DNA of 64,000 nt from Octopus vulgaris (taxonomy: Eukaryota): the NCBI GenBank assembly GCA_951406725.2, contig OX597824.1, positions 69,564,001 through 69,628,000 on the forward strand, read 5' to 3'. This document shows, one piece after another, positions 26,261 to 39,180 of the stretch. The notes below the pieces were generated by a model. That model searched no databases. It worked only from the letters and a program-made list of their open reading frames with translations, and was not told the origin of the DNA. A program made the translations under genes and the position numbers. How positions within the stretch are numbered: the stretch's first letter is position 1; each line of letters opens with the position of its first letter.

Positions 26261-27076
26261 CAACACGACTAAAAATGTGTCAGAAAGGTGTAGCTGCGGG
26301 GCATTAGATTGCTGCCGATACTCAATAAGTACTCTTTTTGTCAAGACCCAGAAAGTACGGAAGGTGAAATTGGACGTCAAGGTGATTTGAACTTACGAAC
26401 GTAAATGGCTGTAACAAATTTTGTCCGACTATTTCACTATTCTGTTAATCCATCGCATTCTCATTATATATGAGATATTAGAAAAAATTAAATAAATTAA
26501 ATAAAATTAAATAAAACTAAAGCAAACATTTAGATCAGGTGTGGGCAACCATTTTCAGAAGCGGGCCACATAAGACATGACTCATCATAAGGTGGGTCAC
26601 ACAACTAAAAGTAATTCAAGGTAAAATTTCGATTGGTGTGCCATTCAGAAAGTCCCATATGCCACAGTTTACTCATGACAGCTGGATAAGATAAAAGAAG
26701 GAGTTAATTCTATGTTAAAACATGTTTAGTGCAAGGCTCTTTAAAATCGAATATTTATAGAAAGCCGATAGACAAGGGCCCTAAATACACCGCTGGTAGA
26801 AATGGCACCCAAATCTCTTACAAACCACACTATATAATCTTATATATGGGAAGGACAAATTAGATAATTTCGTACTAAATATCCCTAAGATGGAATAGCA
26901 AAGGCTGGAATGCTTTTGATCATAAGCCTGTTCCAACAGGAATGATCTGAGATCTGAACAACTAGAAGAGTCATACAAAGAACAATAACTGTATTATATT
27001 TTATTCTGCTCTCGGATATGTATGTGTGTGTCTGTGTGTCTGTGTGCGCGCGAGTGCGTATGTGTGTGTTTGTATG

Positions 27077-27166
<90 letters not shown>

Positions 27167-27669
27167 CGTGTGCGTACGTGTGTATGTATGTAATATATAT
27201 ATATATAAGAGACAAAATTGTACGTACGCCGCTATATTTTATATATAAAAATACAAAAATGGATATGTGTGTGTGTGTATGTATAAAGGGCAAATACCCT
27301 GAAACATGTCTGCAGATGCCTGACCAGAAAGGGGAAGCGGCTGACCTCCCCTGTACGAAGGTTATACTGGACACAGGGTCGTGTGTCATATAGCTAGCTA
27401 AAGGCGATGGCCTCTTGGAGCTAATCAAAGGCAGCTTTCGTCCTATATTTATAGACTACCATATTAGCTTGACGATAACTGTTAATATCCAGTACCGCTG
27501 CCGTAGTCTCTTTTAGTGAGACTTAAAAATAGTAATATTTATATATATATATTTATATATATATATATATATATATATTGCCTGTGCGATGTTCAAATAA
27601 ACGTAAGTTAAGTTTGAGAATGTTCCACTCCAAGAGGATCTGTTCAGTGCACTTACGTATACTCACTGA

Positions 27670-28340
27670 TAATACTCTCTTAAAATACTTTCTACAAGTA
27701 AAGAATGTTGTTTTATCAAGAAAACTCGTTGGGGTGGAATTATTTCTTTAGAAATCTCACCTGATGGTGAAATGAAAACTTAAACTTTCGTTTAAATCTG
27801 TATGTTTTCACCCTCTTAACGATTTACTAGAATACTAGAATCATTTCAAGACAACGTATTCCACTAAGTGGGGGGTGGGATGCATAAGCTTTAGAAGACA
27901 TCAACTCAGTGAGAACTCAGAAATTTGAAGAAGTTTAAAACAAGCAACAACGTTTTATCAATGCAGATAAAACAAAAATCTATACGGTATCAATAAACAA
28001 ACCGACCGCTGGTATCTCTAATTCGATTTCAGATCAATATTTGGTGTATTAAACGATATCAATACTAGTGCTAAAAAAAAACTGAACTAGATGAGTCTGT
28101 CTAAAATACTGATAACACAAGAATCATACGTCACATCTAAAAACCATAAGCCAAATTTTACCAAGCTAACTTTCACCAGACTTATGAATCAGATATAAAC
28201 AGATTCAGAAATTATAAGTAAAAATATAGTTAACTACATCCCTCCCGAATTCAAGCTTATATATGACACCTACCTCTTTGGAATAATACAAACTCAATAA
28301 GATAACACTTTAATTCAATGGGGAATGAAAAATAGAATTT
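27670..28340 (+). pseudogene. Highly degenerate Penelope-like element ORF (N-terminal region and RT start)
   Basis: Fragments in mixed frames (YSLKILS, FIKKTRW, INADKTKIY, YVTSKNHKPNFTKLTFTRLMN) are collinear with PLE motifs YSLKNIP, FIKRMRW, ADKT.N.Y, LKDHKPNF..CRLIN as I recall them. Confidence 0.6.
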
Positions 28341-28374
28341 CCTTCAATTTGGTACAATAGACAGCTAACCTAAA

Positions 28375-28697
28375 GACCCCCTTCGGTCATGAATGACCAT
28401 GGGATTGCACCTAGAAAGTTACCCTCCTAGACACAAGTCCAGGCAAGGTTGTTTATGGAAGACCAGCAGTCGCCCATGCATACCGGCCTCCCCTCTCCAC
28501 GCCACCAGTGTTATCGAAGGGAAAGGCAAAGGTCGATACAGCTTGGCACCAGTGACGTCGCAACTCATTTCTACAGCCGAGTGAACTGGAGCAACGTGAA
28601 ATAAAGTGCCTTGCTCAAGAACACAACACGCAGCCCGGTCCGGGATTCGAGCTCACAACCTCACGATCGTAAGCTCGACGCTCTAACCACTGAGCCA
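28375..28697 (-). mobile_element. SINE family C
   Basis: Near full-length family C copy. Confidence 0.9.
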
Positions 28698-28867
28698 TAA
28701 AGTCGCTGAATCTCTTCTGTTTGCCATACTTGAGCAAGCAAAATCAATTACAGTGATCATGAAACCATACTTCGATGTTATCTTGAGGGGTCAGAAAAAT
28801 TTGTTGTTTCCTCAATTTAGACTGAGAAAGAAAATATTTTAACCCTTGACGTTCGTATCGTTCCAAC

Positions 28868-29083
28868 GAAGGCGCGTGGCTTAGTGATTAGAGCATTCGG
28901 CTCACGTCGCTCGAGTCCACTCAGCTGGTAATAATGAGGAAGGGCCAACCTTGTCACATTTGGTGTCACGCTGAATCTCCCTGAGAACTTTAAAGGTACG
29001 CGCGTCTATGGAGTGCTCAGCCACTTGCTCATCAATTTCATGTGCAGGTTGTTCCATTGACTGTCTTCGTAACCGACGGAGTG
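28868..29083 (+). mobile_element. SINE family C' (internally deleted)
   Basis: GAAGGCGCGTGGCTTAGTG head and CGTAACCGACGGAGTGC tail. Confidence 0.8.
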
Positions 29084-29303
29084 CCATTGTCAGTATGGTT
29101 TCGAAAGACTCAGCCGCGGTAGGCGATGTTGTTGGCTTGGTTTTTCAATTCAGTGAAGCGTATCAAAACTTGCCAAGTCTCTTCATATTACATTTAACAT
29201 AGAGAACTCGTAATATTCACTATAAAAAAAAAAATACGGCAATAGCTTCAATACATTCATGTGTTGTTTAACCACTCCAATGATGTTTAAAAATTTGTTT
29301 TAA

Positions 29304-29474
29304 CCCCTTACCCAACAATTATTTTGAAAATAAATGTATTTTTTCAGACATATTTTTTAATTGTTTTATTTTACTATGTTTTGGCGAGTCTATCTTTTGA
29401 CGAGTTAACTCGCCAGAGATAGAAAAAAACGATTTCGGTCAAAACGCATATATTCGTTTCTGCCGGGTAAGGGG
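29304..29474. mobile_element. piggyBac-type MITE
   Basis: TTAA|CCCCTTACCC ... GGGTAAGGGG|TTAA: perfect 10-bp TIR and TTAA TSD. Confidence 0.8.
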
Positions 29475-29898
29475 TTAAAATGTATTCATACAATCTATCA
29501 CTATCATTAACAGGTAAACTACCACAGCCTGCTACTGGAAATTACCGATGACCCCACGATTTTCCGATCACACTGAATACAGTTTTACTACAAGGAAATG
29601 TAACTTATTTTTATTTTACTTTTAAAATTTATTTTTACGTTTACATTTTCACAATATTTCATATTTAGCACTCAAACCATATGAAAGATACCGAATAAAA
29701 TATTTTCTCAAATCATGAAGATGTACCAGTTGTGGTGCACATAGCGATTGTGTGACGTCTGCAGTGAACCAACAGTAGAACATGTGGTGGTTAACGTGTG
29801 AAAATGAACAAGATATTAACACTACAGTTATCTGTTTTAGCTGAGGCACTTTGCAGAAGCGGTATGAAATAACAGCACAATTTCAATACAAATTTGAG

Positions 29899-30097
29899 AG
29901 CTAAACACAGAAAACAAACAAGGACAGACAAACGGATTAAGTCGATTACATCGACCCCAGTGCGTAACTGGTACTTAATTTATCGACCCCGAAAGGATGA
30001 AAGACAAAGTCGACCTCGGCGGAATTAAAACTCAGAACGTAAAGACAGACGTAATACTGCTAAGCATTTTGCCCGGCGTGCTCATGTTTCCGCCAGG
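29899..30097 (-). mobile_element. SINE family A
   Basis: Family A motifs. Confidence 0.85.
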
Positions 30098-31039
30098 TTG
30101 CCTTCACAGAATTAAAACAAAAATGCGCCGATCTCAGTACATCATAGCATTTACCTTCCTGTCTTTATATTTCAAGATCGAAACTTATTCAGTAATGCCA
30201 GCTCTGCATTCCAGCAATCTCTCTTCCGTGGTTGATTGAAATATATAAAGAAAAAAACACCAGTAATATGCTGGGTATATATTCTATTACAAATTCATCA
30301 TTCCGTTAAAACTTCCACCATCTTCTCCTCCATAAACTCCTCTTCAGCTTGCTCTTCCTAACCTCCCTCTTCTTCACAAATTCGTAGCTCTTTATCAATT
30401 TAAGAAATCATTATTCATTTTTTTGCCTCTCTTTTCTTTTAAATTTAATTAATACATTTATAAAATTGACTTGTCTTTTTCCTTTCTTGTTTAGAGAGGT
30501 TGATCGATTAGTTCAAATTTCAAAGTTCGATATCTAATAAATCACTAAAGCAATATGTGCGCGTGAGTGCGTCTGTGTGTGCAAGTGTGCGCAAATGTGT
30601 GCAAGTGTGTATATGTGTGTTGATGTGTGAGCGTGCACAAGAAAAAAAATTTTTAAAGAATGAAATTAGAAGACCTTTTAATTTTTGTGCTTTTTTATAT
30701 AATTTTTTTCTATTTTTTTCTTTTTTACGATCGATATGTTTGTGAGTTCAATTCTCGATAAAAGACGTCTAAATATAATAAAGAAAAAAATCTAAATCTA
30801 TCTTTAAGCCAACCACTAATGACGACTGCGCCTCTTATTTTCGCTTTGTTTCTGCAGTGTAGTGATTGACAACGTTGTTGTTGTTGGGGTGATGGTTTTG
30901 TAGTAGTAACAGTGGTGTTGAGAATGCTGTTGTTGTTGTAGTAGTACATAGAAGTGTTGTAGTATACGGAGACCCCAGTGCTGGTGATTGCAGTAGTGAG
31001 TGGCATTGCTGTTGTTGTAGTGGCGTTGGTAATGTTGCT

Positions 31040-31061
31040 ACTGTAGTAGTAGTAGTAGTAA

Positions 31062-31133
<72 letters not shown>

Positions 31134-31212
31134 AAGTAGTAGTTGCGACGCAAGTAGTAGAGGTTATAGTATTAAATGACAGTGTTACCATTAAGATAGT
31201 TTGTTCGTGTTT

Positions 31213-31264
<52 letters not shown>

Positions 31265-32005
31265 CGGCAGCAGCATTCCCGTGGTTGTGTTTGCTATTTT
31301 AGTTGTTGTTACTGTTCATGTTGCTGCGGAGGTAGTGATTGTAGTATTAGTGGTAGTGGTGGTGGTGGTGGTGGTGGTGGTGGTGGTGGTGGTGGTGGTG
31401 GTGGTTTTGGTGGTGGTGGCAGTAGTTGTGTTTTTTTGGTACTGGTATTTGTTGTGGTGCTAGTTGTTGCCATAGAAGTGTTGTTTCCATAGTAACAAAT
31501 ATGTGGTAGTGTTGGGTGTTATTAAATTTTAGTTAGAAAAAAATATATGGAGAAAGAATAACAAAAAGCACAAAACATATAAAAGTAAAGGAGGAGGAAG
31601 GAAGAGGAAGGACGAGGAGGAGGGGAGGAGAAGGAAGAAGAGAAGAGAGAAATGCAGAAGAACAGAGAAGTAGAAAAAAAAAGAAGAAAAGGAAGAAGAA
31701 GAAGAAGAAGAAGAAGAAGAAGAAGAAGGAGGAGGAGGAGGAGGAGGAGAGGAGAAGAAGAAGGGAGGAGAGGAAGGAATTGCGGAAAGAAAGAAAGAAA
31801 GAAAGAAATACAAGATGGAGAAGAAGAAAGGAGGATAAGGAGGAGGAGAAACAGGAGGAAGGGAAGAAAGCGGAAGGAATTGCGGAAAGAAAGAAGAAGA
31901 AGAAGAAGAAGAAGAAGAAGAAGAAGAAGAAGAAGAAGAAGAAGAAGAAGAAGAAGAAGAAGAAGAAGAAGAAGAAGAAGAAGAAGAAGAAGAAGAAGAA
32001 GAAGA
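31040..32005. repeat. Compound trinucleotide microsatellites (TAG)n, (GTG)n, (AAG)n
   Basis: Direct reading. Confidence 0.95.
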
Positions 32006-33111
32006 ATGGTAATTATTAAGCGAAAAATGTGATTCACTTTTTCCACTTCAAATAAAAAATGAAAAAGAAATAAGGGAACATGAAGATGAAGATGAAGAAG
32101 ATAGCAATAATAATTAAAAATGATAATAACAATAATGATAAAAATAACGGGATAACAGTGAGTGACCGGTTCCGATGACCTCAAAATCAACTTAACATTT
32201 TAGAGAACAAAAAGAAAAGAAAAAGGAAGAGAAATGGAAAAGAACAAAGATAAAAAGGGAATAGCTACAACAGCAAAAGAAAAAAAGAAATGAAAAATGT
32301 AGTAACAACAACATCTTAGCCACTGTAATGAATAATAATGTTAATGATCGAATTTCGGTTTGCAATGATGTCGATCGAAGACGATAAATTAAGCAGAATT
32401 ACAGTGAGCCGTGCAGAGGTGGTGGCAGTGGTGGCGGTGGTGATGTAGGGTGGGAGTTAAACAAGAGGAAAAAAAGGAGGGTGTGTTTGGTCATAACTAA
32501 GAAGAGAATTAGCAAAGATGGCGACGAAGAAAATAAACCAAGGGTGCAGAACGTGAAAGTGAAAGTGAAAGAGTTTAGGGAGGAGGAGGAAGTTACATAA
32601 AGTGGGGGGTGATGTAGTAAACCGTGAATTTCAAGATATGTGATGGGGGAGATAAATTGGGGTATTTTTTTTTTATTTAAACCCTGATCTGTACTGATTG
32701 AGCAGATTTATGATCAAAGGCATTCCAACTATGACCATCCCATATTTTTTTTCTTTATTTTTCCTTTTTGTCTTTTGATTTTTTCAAGCAATTTTCGTCT
32801 AAGAATGCATCATCCAGTGTGTCCATATTTTACGATGGATAATGAACACTAGAAATAACAGTCAAAGCGACTTGGCTGGTATTTTTAGTAGAGTGACCCT
32901 GATAGACCAATCGTGAGCAAAACGCGGCCCGCGTGACTTTTTGAATGGCACGCCTAAAAAAAATTACCTTGAAGTTTTTTAATAGTGCGGTTTGCCTGGT
33001 GATGAACCATATCTCATGCGGCCCGCTCTTCAGGAAATATATATATATATATATTTCGTTTTAGGATTTGGTTTGGAAGATTCTTTATGTGAGTTCACGT
33101 GTTGAAGCATA

Positions 33112-33382
33112 TTCTGTTGTGTCTGGGGACAGTCATTTTCTTTTTATACCTTATTATAACACACACTTACCGGTAAAATTTCCATTTTTTTTTTCCTAAA
33201 ATTTTCGTTGGGTCTTGCAACCTTTTCAATAGTCTTGTTGAGAGTCAAGACTATTGAAAAGGTTGCAAGACGCAACGAAAGTTTTAGGAAAATAAAAATA
33301 AGAAATAAGTGGAAATTTTAACGGTGAGTTTGTTACATTATAAGGCACAAAAAGAAAATGACTGTCGCCAGACACAACAGAA
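33112..33382. repeat. Fold-back inverted repeat (33112-33237 / 33246-33382), 8-nt loop
   Basis: TCTTGCAACCTTTTCAATAGTCTTG / CAAGACTATTGAAAAGGTTGCAAGA. The arm and left flank resemble a dispersed repeat at about 43150-43245. Confidence 0.9.
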
Positions 33383-33528
33383 AATATATATATATATACC
33401 TACACATGTATACAGATGTACATGTAGATGGAAACTCACAAACACGCACAAACATACACACAGACATACGCACACACGCACACACACACACCCACGCACA
33501 TATATGTGTGTGTATGTGTGTGTATGTA

Positions 33529-34244
33529 TTAAATAAAATGAGACAACAAAGCTAAGGCTGTGTGGAATTTTCAGGACATTTATAAAGAGAAAGTTAGTTT
33601 TACAGCTGTTTCTGGGATATTAGGGATATCCTTTGATCAGAAACGATGTTAGATGGTTCTTCGGATGAGGTCCTTAATTTTGGTGAGTAGAAGTAAGAGG
33701 AGAGTGTTTTGTGAAGGAATAGGTATTTCCTTAAGAGAGATATCAAGGAATTGTTAATCCATTATATAAACGTTACCTGTAATAAGTGCCTGTATTAGCA
33801 AAGAAGCAAAAGTATGAGAGTTTTTGGTATCCAGAAGACCCAAGGTGGCAGGTAAGGCGATGTAAGTGCTATGAAAGGACCGTAGATAAACTCTCGGTTC
33901 GAAAATAATACGAGTGAGGAGTCTAATGGTGTTCTCGTATGAGCATATATATGTTAAATAAAATGAGACAACAAAACCAAGGCTGTCTGAGCATTTTTGC
34001 TCAAATTATCGACGTGGTGCCGAACGTTGTGTTGAAGAAGCACGCTGTGTCTCAGGTCGGGTCTTTTGGAATTACCCATCGAACGAAGTTGACAGGCAGC
34101 GATATCATAAGAGCATTCCATCTGCTGGGCGAATTCCCGCATGAATTGGGGCAGATCCTCGTGGATGAGTTCGTTCAATCCATCTTTATCAAACTTATTA
34201 CAGTTTAAATAAAATGAGACAACAAAGCCAAGGCTGTGTGGAAT
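33529..34244 (-). mobile_element. Internally deleted Penelope-like element with three copies of its terminal motif
   Basis: TTAAATAAAATGAGACAACAAA..AAGGCTGT at 33529, 33954 and 34205. Minus strand 33651-33772 reads MD*QFLDISLKEIPIPSQNTLLLLLLTKIKDLIRRTI (PLE ORF N-terminus-like), directly followed by an HHR. Confidence 0.7.
33597..33644 (-). ncRNA. Type I hammerhead motif with a core G8C change (probably inactive)
   Basis: GUUU-CUGAUCA-AA-GGAUAU-CCCUA-AUAUCC-CA-GAAA-CAGCUG-UA^AAAC. Confidence 0.6.
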
Positions 34245-34449
34245 ATATATATATATATATATGTATAGATGCCGAAATTGCGAAGATAATCTGGTACTTG
34301 ACTGAGGAAAGAAAACTTAGAATGACCCGTCCTTGTTTTCTTGGTATCGTCTGTCTGGATGTTTTGTTGTCCCATTTTGGTATCACCTAACTGTTCGGAT
34401 GTTTTGTGTTCTTTTTCCATTTTATATTTTATATATGTATATATATATA

Positions 34450-34660
34450 TGTGACCGCGTGTGTACGGTTGGCGAATTTTTTTCCTCCGTCTTCCCTTCT
34501 CTGGATCTTTCCTTTTCCTATGTTTCTGACGAAGAGCTCCGCTCGAAACGTTGAACCCTCCTTCTTCCCTTCCTTCCTGAGCGTCCAATAATACTATATT
34601 TGTTCCACGTCCTCGCGTTGTTGTGTTTTCTCTTTGTGTTTTCATGTTTGGATTAACTAT
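34450..34660 (+). mobile_element. Short dispersed HHR-bearing element (family of 9726-9920)
   Basis: Near identity with 9726-9920. Flanked by (TA)n. Confidence 0.75.
34522..34556 (+). ncRNA. Minimal type I hammerhead ribozyme
   Basis: GUUU-CUGACGA-A-GAGC-UCC-GCUC-GAAA-CG-UU^GAAC. ACGU palindrome in place of stem III, extra A after A9. Confidence 0.75.
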
Positions 34661-34677
34661 ATATATATATATACATA

Positions 34678-34933
34678 TATATTTATCAAAAGAAAAACAG
34701 GATGCAAAGGATTTAGTGGTACATATGTTTCTGGCTTTATTATACAGTTTATATCAATGCATTATTGATGTAATATGTATGTCAATAGCCATCTTCAGCC
34801 GCGCACAATTACCACACCAAGGTTATTGACATACATATTACTTCATTTATGCATTGATATAAACTGTCTAATAAAGCCAGAAACATATGTAAAGCTAAAT
34901 CCTTTGCATCCTGTTTTTCTTTTGATAAATATA
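34678..34933. repeat. Fold-back inverted repeat (34678-34790 / 34821-34933)
   Basis: ATTTATCAAAAGAAAAACAGGATGCAAAGGATTTAG / CTAAATCCTTTGCATCCTGTTTTTCTTTTGATAAAT. Confidence 0.9.
34716..34802 (-). ncRNA. Type I hammerhead ribozyme with 52-nt stem II insert
   Basis: GCGG-CUGAAGA-UGGC-(52 nt)-GCCA-GAAA-CAUAUG-UA^CCAC. One stem I mismatch. Confidence 0.75.
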
Positions 34934-34996
34934 CCCTATCACCTACACCACCAACTGGCATATATAGGTGCTTACAGTTATCAAGTATTCACCCTG

Positions 34997-35044
<48 letters not shown>

Positions 35045-35204
35045 ATTAAAATAAATGCTAACAAAAAATGAACGAATTTATTTGGCAACCCAATACTTAT
35101 AAACATTTTGTCCGCTGCTCTACCGATACGCTGATCCAAAATCTTCCTTTAATATTGATTATTATAACAATTTGGTCCTTTGTCAACAATATAAAGTGTA
35201 AAGA

Positions 35205-35508
35205 CCTATCGGTCCTGAATGATCATGGGATTGTACCTTTAAAATTTCCCCCCTGGTAAGATTGTCTATGTAAGACAAGCTGTCGTCCTTGTATATTCGT
35301 CTCCCCTCTCCATGACACTGATTTTATCGAAGGGAAAGGCACAGTTTGGCACGAGTGACGTCGCAACTCATTTCGACAGCTGAGTGAACTGGAGCAACGT
35401 GAAATATAATGTCTTGTTCAAGAACACAACACAGCCTGGCCCGGAAATCGAATTCACAACCTCATCATTGTGAGTCTGACGCTCTAGCCACAGAGCTATA
35501 CGCCTTCA
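35205..35508 (-). mobile_element. SINE family C, diverged
   Basis: Family C motifs. Confidence 0.8.
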
Positions 35509-36019
35509 CGATTTATAACATTGTTTACAATATTATAAATCTATAGACGAAAGGATATGAGATTGTGTGATGCTCATACCTTTCATGTATTTCCAAATAT
35601 ATGTGTGGTGCTTAGGAAGCTCGTTTAAAGCTAATTGGTTTCCGGTTCGATTCCATATTGTGTTACTTTGAGCAAATATTTTCTTCTGCACCTTGGGGGT
35701 TGACCAAGGCCTTTGAGACGAATTTGCAAGATGGAAATACTGCTCGGAAATATTATATGGTGACCTATTGTCTGTCACAAAATGTAATACGTGACATCCG
35801 CTCAGAAATACTCATTTCGAATATCTCTACCCACGCTTAATTACACACACATACACACACGCAGAGGCAGAAAATATCTCTAAATTGTAGACACACAGGC
35901 ATGAAAGCACACACATATTAGTGTTATTTTTCATACACACATACATCTTCAAATACGCATACACACATACATGCGAATACAGGCTCAAGCACATTCATAC
36001 CCATATATGCGTACAAATG

Positions 36020-36128
<109 letters not shown>

Positions 36129-36129
36129 G

Positions 36130-36187
<58 letters not shown>

Positions 36188-36508
36188 TATATGATATACC
36201 TTCGAAAACGCGGAGTAGATGAAACAGGGACAACTGAAGAAGGGAAATATTCCTTGTGTTGTACTTCTTGTACTCTGTTTTTTCTCGTTTGAAAAATAGT
36301 TCGTTTCCATGATTTTGTTTTCGTTTCTCATTGTGTTCAACGTTTTTTGGGGTTTTTTTTTATGTCCTGTACCCATATATGCATGTATATATACATACAG
36401 ATGTAGGTATGTACATATATGTATGTATATGTGCATATATTTATATATTATTTATATTATTATATGGTCGAACTCCACGCATCATTTTCCAAGAAAGTTT
36501 TATTCATC

Positions 36509-36544
<36 letters not shown>

Positions 36545-37063
36545 AATAGATACATATTCACTTACATAGATATGTTCAAATAAAAAGTTATATATGTATA
36601 TACCCACACATGTATACAAATATACATGTAAACGGAGACACAAACACGCAAACATACACACACACACACACACATACATACGTATACATATATGCTTACT
36701 ACATTCGAAACGGTCATACACACACAAATGCATACGCAAATGAAACGCACAAGTACTTTCACACACACATATACATAGACACGCATGTATACACATCTGA
36801 AGAATTTAAAGACCGTTTTAGTCATCTTTGAAATCTTCGATAGCCAAAAGATAAATCCACACCCTACAAGCCTCCTCCCTCATCACGTCACCACCCATGT
36901 TATAGAAAAAAGAAAAGAAAAACAATGCAAAAGAAAACAAAAGACGGCGAAGAAAAAAAAAACATCTCACAATCGATCAGATAACGACCGACATTTTAAC
37001 CTCCTCCCACGATCGCCAAACCTCTACCGCTGCCACCACCACCACCACCACCACCATCACTGT

Positions 37064-37114
<51 letters not shown>

Positions 37115-37268
37115 AGCCATTTCCACCAAGACCACTAACAACATTATCAACACCAACACCATTGCAACCACTGTAAACGTCATCACCATAGCCGCCGCTA
37201 CCGCCGCCTCCACTACCATTAGAGATACTGATGGTGATGGTGATGGTAGTCCACAACAATACTATCAT

Positions 37269-37313
<45 letters not shown>

Positions 37314-38109
37314 CAACACCGCCGCAACCACAGCCACCACCACCACCATTCCTACTACTATCATCACCACCATTAGTACCGTCGCAACCAACACTACCAC
37401 CACTGCCATCAATATCACCCCTTCAACAACCACCTATACCATTACCACCGCCGTTACCATCACCAACACCACGATCACTACATCTAACACTTCCACCACT
37501 GCCAGTACTACTACTTATACCTTTATCACTACTACCACTGCTGCCATCAACATTAACCATTCAAGCACCACCGTTACCACCACAACTGCCGATAGCAACT
37601 AAACAAAGAAACTTCTACGGAGTCGTTGACCAGCTAAAATTTCTTCCTACTACTGAAGAACACTTTGGGTCTTGTGGTCTTCTTGATGTTCCTTGTACAT
37701 AGGCAAAAGACACGTTGACTGGATTATCTGCTCGATCAGGGAACGCCCTACATCAGCGTTCCTCAACCTTATTTTATCTGTGAATCCTTTTGATTCTTAT
37801 TTGGCTCAGGTGCACCCCCATAGTCAATTGATGTTTAAAAATCTTTCTGTACAGTTATTTTGTGATGACGAAGAGAAATAACTCAGAAACCGCGGTACGC
37901 AGATATTGCTTTGTGCTTAAATGGGGATGTTAAACTCCCTTGTTCGAAAATATAAGGACACAGTGTGTTGTATAGCTAGCTGGAGACGATGCTTCTTGGG
38001 ACATAATAACAGTAACATTCATCCAAATCAGGGCTGCCACATTATATTGGCAAATAATCTTTACTCTAGAGTACTGTTACTGTATGTCTCTCATTGAGAT
38101 ATTTAGAAA

Positions 38110-38309
38110 TACTCTTTTACTTGTTTCAGTCATTTGATTGTGGTCATGCTGGAGTACCGCCTTTAGTCGAGCTCATCGACCTCAGGATTTATTCTTTGTA
38201 AGCCGAGTACTTATTCTATCGGTCTCTTTTGCCGAACCGCTAAGTTACGGGACTTAAACACACCAGCATCGATTGTCAAGCGATGTTGTGGGGACAAAAC
38301 ACAGACACA

Positions 38310-38372
<63 letters not shown>

Positions 38373-38520
38373 ATATATATATATACACCAGGCTTCTTTC
38401 AGTTTCAGTCTACCAAATCCACTCACAAGGCTTTGGTCGGCCCGAGGCTATAGTAGAAGACACATGCCCAAGGTGCCACGCAGTGGGACTGAACCTGGAG
38501 CCATGTGGTTGGTAAGCAAA
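38110..38520 (-). mobile_element. SINE family B
   Basis: Family B motifs with internal (CA)n. Confidence 0.9.
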
Positions 38521-38759
38521 ATTTTTCTATTTATAAGAACATGTATAAAAATATCCGTTAAATTGTTTTGTGCATTGCAAGAAGTATAAGCAATTTAATG
38601 CACATAAATTCTAACAAAATCTGATAGGGACCCCTAAGGGCCATATGAACCCCGGTTGAGAACCACTTCGCAAGGGCTACACTACAACAACGCTAACAAT
38701 GACTTCTACGAACGAAATATCACAACTGCTGTAATCTGCTCGCCTCTCTATTTTGGCAG

Positions 38760-39118
38760 TCTTCATCATCATCATCATCAGCAGCATCAGCATTGTCACC
38801 ATCCTCGTCATCATCGACATCATCATCATCATCATCATCGTATTCCTCCTCCCCTCCACTTATTCTTTCTCCTCCCCCTTCTCCTCATCATCATCACCAT
38901 CATCATCGACATCAGTGTCATCATACTCATTGCCGTCTTTGTCGTCCTTGTCATCGACGTCGTCGTCGTCTTCGTCGTCATCCTCATCATTCACCATTCA
39001 TCATTCATCAACATCCTCATCATTCATCATTCATCATCATCCTCATCATTCATCATTCATCATTCATCATCAGTCATCATCATCATCATCATCTTCATCA
39101 TCATCTTCATCATCATCG

Positions 39119-39180
<62 letters not shown>

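Noticed and set aside
26536-26610. hAT-like MITE ends (also about 32905-33030, 38620-38670, 57950-58088)
   Set aside because: Only single, degenerate ends are visible, with no paired TIR or TSD.
32511-32556. AAGATGGCG start / YY1-like motif
   Set aside because: The frame closes after 11 codons and there is no supporting splice or promoter evidence.
33529-34244. Repeated ~35-bp motif as a CRISPR-like array
   Set aside because: Only three copies, unequal 200-400 bp spacers, eukaryotic context and no cas genes. Better explained as PLE terminal repeats.
37231-37602. Thr-rich mucin-like ORF
   Set aside because: Derived from ACC/ACT repeats, with no splice signals or non-repetitive domain.
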